A DNA stretch of 64,000 nt from an uncultured delta proteobacterium. GTDB lineage: Bacteria > Desulfobacterota > Desulfobacteria > Desulfobacterales > SG8-13. Position 1 is the stretch's first letter; each line of letters starts with the position of its first letter. Where the stretch lies: assembly GCA_963848135.1 (NCBI GenBank), contig CAWKCK010000017.1, forward strand, positions 806,001 to 870,000, in the 5' to 3' direction. Under the pieces are notes generated by a model. It searched no databases. It saw only the letters and a program-made list of their open reading frames with translations, and was not told the DNA's origin. The translations under genes were made by a program, and so were the position numbers. Below are positions 24,982-33,289 of this stretch, in pieces.

Positions 24982-26352
24982 ATGTCACAAGAAAAGATGG
25001 TAAGGATACTGGTCGTAGATGATGAGGAAAGTCTATTGGCTGTCCTGTCCCAAGTTCTAAAAAAAGACGGCTTCGATGTCACCACCGTTAAAAGCGCCGA
25101 AAAAGCATTGGAAATCTTCCAACAAGACCCATTCCCTCTTATCATTACCGATATCGTCATGGGCGGAATGACGGGTATCGATCTTCTCGAAAGCGTTAAA
25201 AAGTCGCATCCCGAAACCCAAGTGATCGTTATGACCAGTTATGCGTCGCTTGACACAGCCATAATGGCTCTTCGGTCGGGCGCCTATGACTACCTATTCA
25301 AACCCTTCGAAGATCTAACCGTCATCTCAGCCGCCGCAGCCCGGGCAACCGATAGCATCCGGCTCTCCGCTGAGAACAAATATCTGCTTGAAAAACTCAA
25401 ACAGATGAACAGCGAATTGGAAACCCGGATCAAGGAGAGAACCAATGAGCTGTTTGAGATAAACAAAAGTCTGAAAAGGGAAATCGAAACCCGCAAACTG
25501 ATAGAGATAGATCTGACCGAGGCCAAGGAAAACGCAGTCGCCGCCAACCTGGCAAAAAGCGAATTCTTGGCCAACATGACGCACGAGCTGCGAACCCCTC
25601 TGAACCATATTATCGGATTCACCGAGATTGTCGCCGAAAAGAAATTCGGAGAGTTGAACCCGGAGCAGGAAAAATATCTTCAGAACGTTTTGCAAAGTAG
25701 TCACCACCTGCTAACGCTCATAACCGACATCCTGGATTATTCCAAATATGAAACCGGAAACCTAAAATTGGATCGCAGTGAAATCCAGCTCACCCCCTTT
25801 TTACAGGAATGCGTCAATATATTTCGAGACGAAGCAACGAAGAAGAACATCCAGATTACTTTAGACCCGAAGGACGCACCGGAAATTGCATCCGCGGATC
25901 AACGCAAATTCAAGCAGATTATGTATAATCTTCTCTCCAATGCCCTAAAATTCACCCCCCAAAACGGGAAGGTTTATGTGGAGGCTAAAGAAGTCAAAAT
26001 TCGAAGCCGCCCCGGTCTTCGGCACAACGACTCTAAATCGACCCAGATAATCGAAAAAGTCGGTCAGGTCGCTAATGATGCCCCGGAAAACGCCCCCAGG
26101 GCTATTGAGGTATCTGTTTCTGATACCGGAATCGGACTGAAGCCGGATGACCTGACGCGTGTTTTCAACCGGTTCGAACAAATCGATGGTTCCAAGGGCA
26201 GAAGATACAGTGGCGCCGGTTTGGGTCTGGCCCTCACAAAGGCCTTCGTTGAGTTGCACGGGGGAGCAATAAAAGCAGAGAGCGCCGGTGATGGAAAAGG
26301 TTGTGCCTTCACATTTATCATTCCTTTACTAACGCAATCACCAAACTCTTGA
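24982..26352 (+). CDS. Cytoplasmic hybrid REC-histidine kinase
   Basis: N-terminal REC (ILVVDDE, TDIVM, FKP), FLANMTHELRTPL, NLLSNALKFT, DTGIG, GAGLGL. Confidence 0.93.
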   Translation: MSQEKMVRILVVDDEESLLAVLSQVLKKDGFDVTTVKSAEKALEIFQQDPFPLIITDIVMGGMTGIDLLESVKKSHPETQVIVMTSYASLDTAIMALRSGAYDYLFKPFEDLTVISAAAARATDSIRLSAENKYLLEKLKQMNSELETRIKERTNELFEINKSLKREIETRKLIEIDLTEAKENAVAANLAKSEFLANMTHELRTPLNHIIGFTEIVAEKKFGELNPEQEKYLQNVLQSSHHLLTLITDILDYSKYETGNLKLDRSEIQLTPFLQECVNIFRDEATKKNIQITLDPKDAPEIASADQRKFKQIMYNLLSNALKFTPQNGKVYVEAKEVKIRSRPGLRHNDSKSTQIIEKVGQVANDAPENAPRAIEVSVSDTGIGLKPDDLTRVFNRFEQIDGSKGRRYSGAGLGLALTKAFVELHGGAIKAESAGDGKGCAFTFIIPLLTQSPNS

Positions 26353-26362
26353 GGACGCAACA

Positions 26363-26743
26363 ATGAAAAAAACGACAATATTGGTGATCGAAGATAATGA
26401 ATTCAATATGATCCTGGTGCGCGATCTTCTGCAAATTGAAAACTTCACGGTTGTTGAAGCGTATGATGCGGAAGCCGGCATCCGGAAAGCTCGCGAGACA
26501 AAGCCGGACCTCATATTGATGGATATTCAACTGCCGGGAATGGACGGATTGACGGCAACCCGGATCATTCAGAAAGATCCGGTTCTAAAAGAGATTCCTG
26601 TCGTGGCACTAACAGCTTATGCTATGGAAAAAGACAAAAAAGAAGCAATCGCAGCCGGATGTGTCGGCTTTATTGCCAAGCCGATCGATACCAGAAGTTT
26701 TGTCGATAGCGTATCTAAGTTCCTCGTCGATCTCTCGAATTGA
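26363..26743 (+). CDS. Single-domain response regulator (DivK-like)
   Basis: ILVIEDNEFN, PDLILMDIQLPGMDG, IPVVALTAYAM, AGCVGFIAKPID. Confidence 0.9.
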   Translation: MKKTTILVIEDNEFNMILVRDLLQIENFTVVEAYDAEAGIRKARETKPDLILMDIQLPGMDGLTATRIIQKDPVLKEIPVVALTAYAMEKDKKEAIAAGCVGFIAKPIDTRSFVDSVSKFLVDLSN

Positions 26744-26767
26744 TAACGCCAACCGGAGAACGGAAAA

Positions 26768-28414
26768 ATGGACAACAAAAAGAAGATTCTCATTGTTGAT
26801 GACGAGCCTCTGAATATCGACTTGTTGGAAGCAATGCTCGCTCGTGAAGACTACGAAATCATGACGGCCAGCGACGGAGCAGAAGCTCTTGCAAAGACAC
26901 AGTCAACGCCACCTGATCTTATCTTGCTCGACATTATGATGCCCGTTATGGACGGATTTGAGGTGGCCAAAAAGTTGAAAAGTGATTCGTTAACAGCCCA
27001 CATTCCTATCATTCTGGTCACTGCCCTGGATGATTTAAGTGACAGAGTTAAAGGATTGGAGGCCGGCGCCGATGACTTTCTGACAAAACCCGTTGAAAAA
27101 TCGGAACTGAAGGCCCGGGTGAATAACCTGCTAAAGGTCAAAGCCTACCATGATCATTTGCGCAACTACCAGATCAAACTCGAGGAAGAAGTTTCCCTCA
27201 GAACGCGGGATCTGGAAAAGGAACTACACCGGCGGAAGGAAACAGAAGCCCAATTGATTCGGGCCCAGAAGATGGAGGCCATTGGCACCCTTGCCGGCGG
27301 TATCGCTCATGATTTCAACAATATCCTATCCGCTATCTTGGGGTATTCAGAGATGGCTCTACTTCTCGCCACAACGGATGCGACGCTTTCCGATTATATC
27401 CGGCAGATACACACTGCCGGTGAACGCGCCAGTGATCTTGTTCAGCAGATACTTACATTCAGCCGTGAAACCGATGATGACCTCAAGCCGGCTGAAATCA
27501 GTGTGATCATAAAAGAGGCGCTCAAACTTCTCGGTGCGACCTTGCCGTCAACAATTACGACCAAACATAACATCGTCACAACGTCACCGGTTCTGGCCAA
27601 CCCCACCCAAATTCATCAACTCCTCATGAATTTGTGCACCAATGCCGCCCATGCCATGGAAGACAATGGCGGGGTTCTGGCTGTGACACTCACCGACGTT
27701 GAATTGAATGCTGAATCACTGGCGGGCCATCCGGAGATGACAGCCGGCAACTATGTCAAGCTGAGCGTCAATGATACCGGAAAAGGCATGCCTCCCGATG
27801 TGTTAGAGCGCATCTATGACCCCTTCTTCACAACCAAACCTGCGGGCAAAGGAACCGGGCTGGGCTTGTCCACAGTCCATGGTATCGTAAACAACCACTT
27901 CGGCGCTATTGCTGTATCGAGCAAACCCAATGCGGGAACGACCTTTGATATATATTTGCCGATTGTCGATCGAGAGGTTGCCCCGCAAATTTCGGAGAAC
28001 GAATCGACAGTTAACGGTACGGAAAGCATTCTTTTTGTCGATGATGATAAGGCCATTGCAGGCATGAGCAAAATAATGCTTGAAAATCTTGGCTACCATG
28101 TCAATTCAAAGACAAGCAGCATCGATGCGCTCGTCGATTTTAAAAGACAGCCCGAAAAATACGACCTCGTGATAACGGACCTGACAATGCCTCAAATGAC
28201 CGGTTTGGAATTGGCGGGTGAGATATTAAATGTTCGTCCCGATACACCGATAATCCTCTGTACCGGCCTCAGTACACAACTGAAATCCGGTGACAGAGAA
28301 CTCAAGGGTATCCAGGCCGTTTTGGCCAAGCCCATTCTCAGCCGCACAATGTCCGGAACCATCCGCAGCGTAATGAAGAGAAACGTTTCTGCGGACTGCG
28401 ACATGATCATGTAA
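26768..28414 (+). CDS. Hybrid REC-histidine kinase-REC (CckA-like kinase core)
   Basis: PleD-like first REC (PDLILLDIMMP, GADDFLTKP), QKMEAIGTLAGGIAHDFNNIL, GTGLGL, C-terminal REC (ILFVDDD, ITDLTMP). Confidence 0.92.
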   Translation: MDNKKKILIVDDEPLNIDLLEAMLAREDYEIMTASDGAEALAKTQSTPPDLILLDIMMPVMDGFEVAKKLKSDSLTAHIPIILVTALDDLSDRVKGLEAGADDFLTKPVEKSELKARVNNLLKVKAYHDHLRNYQIKLEEEVSLRTRDLEKELHRRKETEAQLIRAQKMEAIGTLAGGIAHDFNNILSAILGYSEMALLLATTDATLSDYIRQIHTAGERASDLVQQILTFSRETDDDLKPAEISVIIKEALKLLGATLPSTITTKHNIVTTSPVLANPTQIHQLLMNLCTNAAHAMEDNGGVLAVTLTDVELNAESLAGHPEMTAGNYVKLSVNDTGKGMPPDVLERIYDPFFTTKPAGKGTGLGLSTVHGIVNNHFGAIAVSSKPNAGTTFDIYLPIVDREVAPQISENESTVNGTESILFVDDDKAIAGMSKIMLENLGYHVNSKTSSIDALVDFKRQPEKYDLVITDLTMPQMTGLELAGEILNVRPDTPIILCTGLSTQLKSGDRELKGIQAVLAKPILSRTMSGTIRSVMKRNVSADCDMIM

Positions 28415-28466
28415 CTGAAGAAGCCTATCGGGCCAACTCTTGTGATCAGTGATGATAAAGATTTAG

Positions 28467-28606
28467 TAGACTGTTGAAAAACGATTGCGCTTGACAATAC
28501 GGCGTTAAAATCCTCCTAAAATTGCTCATTTATCACTCCTAAATTACGCTTTTTCGTCGGATTTGGTCATGTCTTGCCGGCGTTCATAACGTTTTTCAAC
28601 ACCCTG
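28467..28606. mobile_element. 140-bp MITE / non-autonomous IS remnant with TTAG target-site duplication
   Basis: Terminal inverted repeats tagactgttgaaaaacg (28467-28483) and cgtttttcaacaccctg (28590-28606), 14/17 match with the inner 12 bp perfect. Flanked by TTAG at 28463-28466 and 28607-28610. No transposase. Confidence 0.75.
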
Positions 28607-28656
28607 TTAGAGAATTGTATCCGTCTTGACAAACGGTGACTGTATCCCCATTCTGG

Positions 28657-29007
28657 CTATAAGTCAGTATATTTGGTGCTCAAGCCTTTGGATTTGTCGA
28701 TTGGATATTTGACGGCGTTTTTCACCAACTTCAACGCGACAGCCCGCATTAGGTCTATCTGAAAAGCATCACAAAGGTACATCATGAAAATAAAAATATC
28801 GGCCAGTTCGTCCCCGACTCTGGCGATATTGGCATCGTCCAGACGATAGGACTGATCCGTCGTCATCCACAGAAATATTTCCTGAAGTTCGGCGGCCTCT
28901 ACCCCGATGGCTTGTGACAGACTTTTAGGGTTGTGATATTGCTGCCAGTCCCTATCATCCCTGAAGGCCATTATTTTTCTTCTCAATTCCGTCAATTCAT
29001 TATCCAT
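28657..29007 (-). CDS. MazG-like nucleotide pyrophosphohydrolase (dCTP pyrophosphatase type)
   Basis: FRDDRDWQQYHNPKSL, EAAELQEIFLW, DELADIF, KNAVKYP. ATG at 29007 with GGAG RBS. Confidence 0.88.
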   Translation of the reverse strand: MDNELTELRRKIMAFRDDRDWQQYHNPKSLSQAIGVEAAELQEIFLWMTTDQSYRLDDANIARVGDELADIFIFMMYLCDAFQIDLMRAVALKLVKNAVKYPIDKSKGLSTKYTDL

Positions 29008-29165
29008 GACTGTCTCCAATGCCCCGGCTCAACTGTACAATTTGAGCGTTTCGAGGGTAATAAGTTGAATCACCGCCACAAGAGTGGTGGTAATTTATGA
29101 TGAGATAATTGGGCCCCCGGGGAGTCTTCATTAATTGCACAAACTATTCAGAAAACATCGGTCTG

Positions 29166-30314
29166 ATGACAAATACAAAGGAAAGGCTGGGAGACCCAGC
29201 AGCAATCCAGGCTGATCGTCTGATCGCCCTCGATGTCATGCGCGGCATCGTTATTGTCCTGATGGCTTTCGATCACGCTTCGGGTATGTTCAACGCCGGA
29301 AGATACGTGACCGATTCCGCCGCATTCTATCGCACCGGTTCGGAGATACCGACAGCGCAGTTTCTGGTTCGCTGGATGACGCACCTGTGTGCCCCCACCT
29401 TCCTGTTTCTGGCGGGATGGTCTCTCGCCTTGAGTATCGGCCGCCGAAACGCTGAAGGGGGGCCCGGCGGCCATTTCGATCGTTACCTTCTCAAACGCGG
29501 ACTCTTCATCCTCCTGCTCGACCCCCTCTGGATGAGTATCGGATTCGGATACGGCATCGTCTTCCAGGTTCTATACGCTATCGGCGGGAGTCTGTGCTGC
29601 ATGATTTTTCTGCGGCGGTTGGGACCCCGCGCATTATTGGCCTCGGGCCTTTTTCTGATTCTGATCAGTGAGGCACTGGCAGGCCTGGTCGTCAAATTCG
29701 GTAATATTGAGTCCCCCGGAATCATCGCCGCTTTTCTGGTCACTGGTGGTCGCGTTGGCTCATGGGGATATGTTCTCTACCCATTGCTGCCCTGGCTGGG
29801 CTACATGGTCCTCGGTTGGGGAACCGGCCGGTTGATTGCGGCCGGCCGGGTGGCCCGACCGACAATTCTGTTCAGCGGTATCGGTTCTTCGGCCTTGTTC
29901 GTTTTTATCATCGTACGTGGGCTCAACAGTTATGGCAATATGGGTCTTTATCGCGACGATGGTTCCCTTCTGCAATGGTTGCACGTCAGTAAATATCCTC
30001 CCAGCCTGTCTTTTGCCGCCCTCGAGTTGGGTATCATGTTTTTATGTCTGGCCGTACTGCTCGCTTTCTACCGCAACAAAACGGCCGATCTTCGGAATCC
30101 ACTGACGGTATATGGACAAACGGCCCTGTTCTTCTATCTCCTGCATGTCCACCTTCTGGCAGCCGCCGCCTGGTCGCTGGATCAGCTGCGAAAAGGTGGC
30201 CTGACTGAAACCCTCTGGGCAACTCTGGCATTATTGCTCGTGTTGTATCCGGCCTGCCGATGGTACCGGCAGTTGAAACTGAGTCGAAAATACAGCATAT
30301 TGCAGTACGTGTAG
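29166..30314 (+). CDS. DUF1624 / HGSNAT-like polytopic membrane acyltransferase
   Basis: RLIALDVMRGIVIVLMAFDH, RWMTHLCAPTFLFLAG, YPLLPWLG, KYPPSLSF; about 10 hydrophobic segments. Start uncertain. Confidence 0.8.
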   Translation: MTNTKERLGDPAAIQADRLIALDVMRGIVIVLMAFDHASGMFNAGRYVTDSAAFYRTGSEIPTAQFLVRWMTHLCAPTFLFLAGWSLALSIGRRNAEGGPGGHFDRYLLKRGLFILLLDPLWMSIGFGYGIVFQVLYAIGGSLCCMIFLRRLGPRALLASGLFLILISEALAGLVVKFGNIESPGIIAAFLVTGGRVGSWGYVLYPLLPWLGYMVLGWGTGRLIAAGRVARPTILFSGIGSSALFVFIIVRGLNSYGNMGLYRDDGSLLQWLHVSKYPPSLSFAALELGIMFLCLAVLLAFYRNKTADLRNPLTVYGQTALFFYLLHVHLLAAAAWSLDQLRKGGLTETLWATLALLLVLYPACRWYRQLKLSRKYSILQYV

Positions 30315-30508
30315 GTTCGGATCGCTTTGGTTTGTGGCAAGAATCGGCGCCTGCCGCGTCCAATACACCAAAACCGGTACTGTCATCTTGTTGATAAAAA
30401 ACAATAGTGTTGATATACAATTTTTGCAATGAAGCGTCCCCTCCTCGACGCCAACCCTTAAAACGCTCGAATCGCGATCGGTACATCGTTACAACACAGA
30501 GACAAGAG

Positions 30509-31240
30509 ATGAAACCGCAGAAGAAAAGAAAAACCTGGAAGAGGCCGTTTTATTACCTTTTCGGATGGTTTTCCCGAATTATGCTTCTGGCGATATTCAG
30601 CACTTGCAGGGTTCAGGAATTCGGGCGGGAAACTGTCGAAGACTACCAAAAGAAACACCCCGGCAAAGGCCTGCTCGTGGCGACCTGGCATCGGGGAGTC
30701 ATGTTTCTGGTCTACCACTACCGCCATCAGCAGCGTGTCACATTGGCCAGTTCCAGCAAAGATGGCGAGCTGGCCGCCCAAGCGGCGGAGCGCCACGGTT
30801 GGATCGTCGTGCGGGGTTCATCGAGTTATCGCGGGTTCGAGGCGCTCAAGGAACTCGTCCGCCTCTTCGAAAAAGGTTACAGCGGGGGACTGGTAGTGGA
30901 TGCCCCCAGGGGACCGGCCCGGGTTTCAAAGATAGGGATCATTACCGCCGCCCGTATGACCGGACTGCCGATATTGCCCATCATATGGAACGCAGATCGT
31001 TGCTGGCGACTACGGAGTTGGGACCGCACCATCATTCCCAAGCCCTTTTCCCGCATCGTATTGGTTTACAATAACGCCCTTATCTGGGTTCCCCAAAAGG
31101 CATCACGGAGGGAACTGGAAATGTACCGTCAGCGTTTGGACGATGAGCTCAATCGGCTCGTGTTCCAGACCGACCGTTGTTTCTCACCAACCGGTGTTAC
31201 TGATCCCCGCCAGATCACTGTGACAGACGCATCAGTATAA
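30509..31240 (+). CDS. DUF374 lysophospholipid acyltransferase family protein (LpxJ-like)
   Basis: ATWH, SSSKDGE, VRGSS, DAPRGP, LRSWDRTIIPKPFSR. Start set at ATG 30509. Confidence 0.85.
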   Translation: MKPQKKRKTWKRPFYYLFGWFSRIMLLAIFSTCRVQEFGRETVEDYQKKHPGKGLLVATWHRGVMFLVYHYRHQQRVTLASSSKDGELAAQAAERHGWIVVRGSSSYRGFEALKELVRLFEKGYSGGLVVDAPRGPARVSKIGIITAARMTGLPILPIIWNADRCWRLRSWDRTIIPKPFSRIVLVYNNALIWVPQKASRRELEMYRQRLDDELNRLVFQTDRCFSPTGVTDPRQITVTDASV

Positions 31241-31301
31241 TCGCCGAGGCTCACCATATTCATTTCGGCGGTTTTACGCGTTCTTCGGGAAGGAAAACGG
31301 G

Positions 31302-31772
31302 CTATTCCTCCGTCGTTTCAAGTTCCAAATCGTGGGTTATATCGATGCAGCCGATGACGCTCTGGGCCGCCGGACAAAGTTGAATGTAATGCTCCAGAGC
31401 ATCCCTGGCCTCCGGCACTTTTCCCTCCGGCAGTTTGAGCCGATAAGACACTTTGATCCGGGTTATCTTCAACACACCGTGGACATCCTCGATGTCACCA
31501 CTTACGATGGCTTGGAAACGATCCTGAAACGTACGGATCTTCTTTTTGGCCAGCACCGTGGCCAATGTCCCCATCATTCAACCGCCCACGGCACCGACGA
31601 CATGGTCCAGGGTCGCTGCGTGCTCATCCTCCGGGGTCACGCCATAAAACTTCTTAATTCCGCCATGGACCCCATAGTAAACGGGTTGATCGAATCCTTT
31701 GATGACCGCTTTGCGGGTCGGTCCCTTCTCGCGTGTAATCGTAATTTCGGATCGATGGACAACTTTTCCCAT
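31302..31772 (-). CDS. OsmC-family protein with in-frame UGA, probable selenoprotein (156 aa)
   Basis: ORFs 31578..31772 and 31302..31577 are in frame and separated only by TGA (31580-31578): TLDHVVGAVGG-U-MMGTL. The UGA sits at the first catalytic Cys position of OsmC/Ohr; the second Cys is in QLCPAAQSV. Strong AAGGAGG RBS before 31772. Confidence 0.88.
31546..31565 (-). promoter_or_regulatory. Putative bacterial SECIS hairpin
   Basis: 12 nt after the UGA the mRNA reads UUGGCCA-CGGUGC-UGGCCAA: a perfect 7-bp stem with a GGU-containing loop about 20 nt from the UGA. Confidence 0.75.
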
Positions 31773-32029
31773 ATCAACCTCCTTGTAAGTCAGCGGAAAA
31801 AGTCGTATTCACACCGGCAAGATGCTGCTACCGGATTCGCAATTTCCGCACCTCTATATAATAACAACAGACCGGCATGGGTCAACAGGGGCCCGATTGA
31901 ATTTACATATTATCCTTTGCCGGATCCGGTAATTGGACAGCGGGAGAGTTTTTTATCCTATCGCGGCGGAATATCCCTCTTTGGCGGCTCATTTTCTGAC
32001 AACCAAACGAAAATCCCAAAGTTAGAGCG

Positions 32030-32104
32030 GGGGCTGCGGTGGTCGATCAGAGTCTTGACTTCCGGATAAAGGGCCCTTAAATTTTTTCCTATCTTGTCGG
32101 TGCG
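32030..32104 (-). pseudogene. Possible N-terminal remnant of an endonuclease III (Nth-like) gene
   Basis: Translation RTDKIGKNLRALYPEVKTLIDHRSP resembles the Nth N-terminus (..LxxxYP..KTxLxHxxPFELL). The expected FELLVATILSAQ continuation is absent. Confidence 0.35.
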
Positions 32105-32181
32105 CGCTGCAAGTAGGGAAGCCTTTCCCTTTCTGCTGTCCCGTCGTACCGATTCTAATTTTCGGAAGCACTGCAAACGCC

Positions 32182-33177
32182 ATGGCAAACTCAGAAAAAA
32201 AGGCTCGTGCGCTGGGACTCTGTTCCGGTGGATTGGACAGTACTCTGGCCGGACTCGTATTGCGCAAGCAGCAAATCGAGGTAGAGTGGATCAGTTTTGA
32301 AACGCCGTTTTTCTCGGCGGGGAATGCCCTCCGGGCAGCCGAGCAGACGGGAATCCCGCTGGCAGTTGAAAATATTTCGGATGAATACATGACGATGCTG
32401 CGCAATCCGAATTGTGGCTACGGACAGCATATGAACCCTTGTTTGGACTGCCATGCGCTGATGTTTAGAGTGGCCGCCAGAATTATGAAAATTAGAAAAT
32501 TCGATTTTCTTTTCAGTGGCGAAGTCGTTGGTCAACGCCCCATGTCCCAGACCAAGCCGTCCCTGCGCTATGTTGAAAAAAATTCCGACTGCGATGGCTA
32601 CATTCTGCGGCCGCTGAGCGCGAAGCTTCTGCCGGAAACGATCCCGGAAATGAAGGGACTGGTCGACCGGGAGAAGCTGTTGGACATTTCCGGCCGGGGT
32701 CGGAAAAGACAGATTCAACTGGCAAAGACGTTCGGCATTACGGATTACCCGGCGCCTGCCGGTGGTTGCCTGCTGACGGACAAAGGGTTCTCAAACCGCC
32801 TTAAGGATCTTTTCGAGCACCAGGAAACCAGCACCGAAAATGAGCTGCGGTTACTGCGTTATGGCCGCCATTTCCGCCTCAACGAACTGGCGAAATTGAT
32901 TGTCGGCCGCACCCAGTCCGACAACGAATTCCTGCTCCGCTACCACAACCCAAAAACCGACACCGTCTTGAAGGTCGACCGGTACCCCAGCCCCGTTGCG
33001 ATCCTTCCCAATTGTAACCGCAAAGAGGTCCTAACGTTGGCAGCCTCAATATGCGCCGGATACAGTAAGGCCCCGGCACTGACGGCGGTGGACGTCAACA
33101 TCGAGTCACCGGAAGGCGGCTCCAGCGCACGAGTCCTCGGCCTTCTGCCTTCAGATGTCAGCAAATTTCTTATCTAG
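32182..33177 (+). CDS. PP-loop tRNA thiouridylase-like protein (ThiI/MnmA-like, no THUMP domain; likely Fe-S)
   Basis: SGGLDS PP-loop, NPCLDCH, GEVVGQRPMSQ, PAGGCLLT, GRHFR. Confidence 0.82.
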   Translation: MANSEKKARALGLCSGGLDSTLAGLVLRKQQIEVEWISFETPFFSAGNALRAAEQTGIPLAVENISDEYMTMLRNPNCGYGQHMNPCLDCHALMFRVAARIMKIRKFDFLFSGEVVGQRPMSQTKPSLRYVEKNSDCDGYILRPLSAKLLPETIPEMKGLVDREKLLDISGRGRKRQIQLAKTFGITDYPAPAGGCLLTDKGFSNRLKDLFEHQETSTENELRLLRYGRHFRLNELAKLIVGRTQSDNEFLLRYHNPKTDTVLKVDRYPSPVAILPNCNRKEVLTLAASICAGYSKAPALTAVDVNIESPEGGSSARVLGLLPSDVSKFLI

Positions 33178-33285
33178 TGTCCATCCATAAATGGCTTTTT
33201 TTTCACTGGATCCCGCCATGGCGGGATTATCCGCAGATTTCCGGCTACGGCGTACGATAAGTACGAATCACCGCAAATCTTAACG
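33176..33285. repeat. Palindromic intergenic REP-like element between convergent genes (possible terminator role)
   Basis: Perfect 18-bp palindrome atcccgccatggcgggat (33210-33227). Imperfect hairpin agattt...cgtac-gataa-gtacg...aaatct (33235-33280). Confidence 0.5.
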
Positions 33286-33289
33286 CATC

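Noticed and set aside
31302..31772. OsmC pseudogene or two small genes
   Set aside because: The stop is UGA exactly at the catalytic position with a SECIS-like hairpin, so recoding is the better explanation.
31332..32069. 245-aa plus-strand ORF
   Set aside because: Antisense to the OsmC-like gene, with no recognisable motifs.
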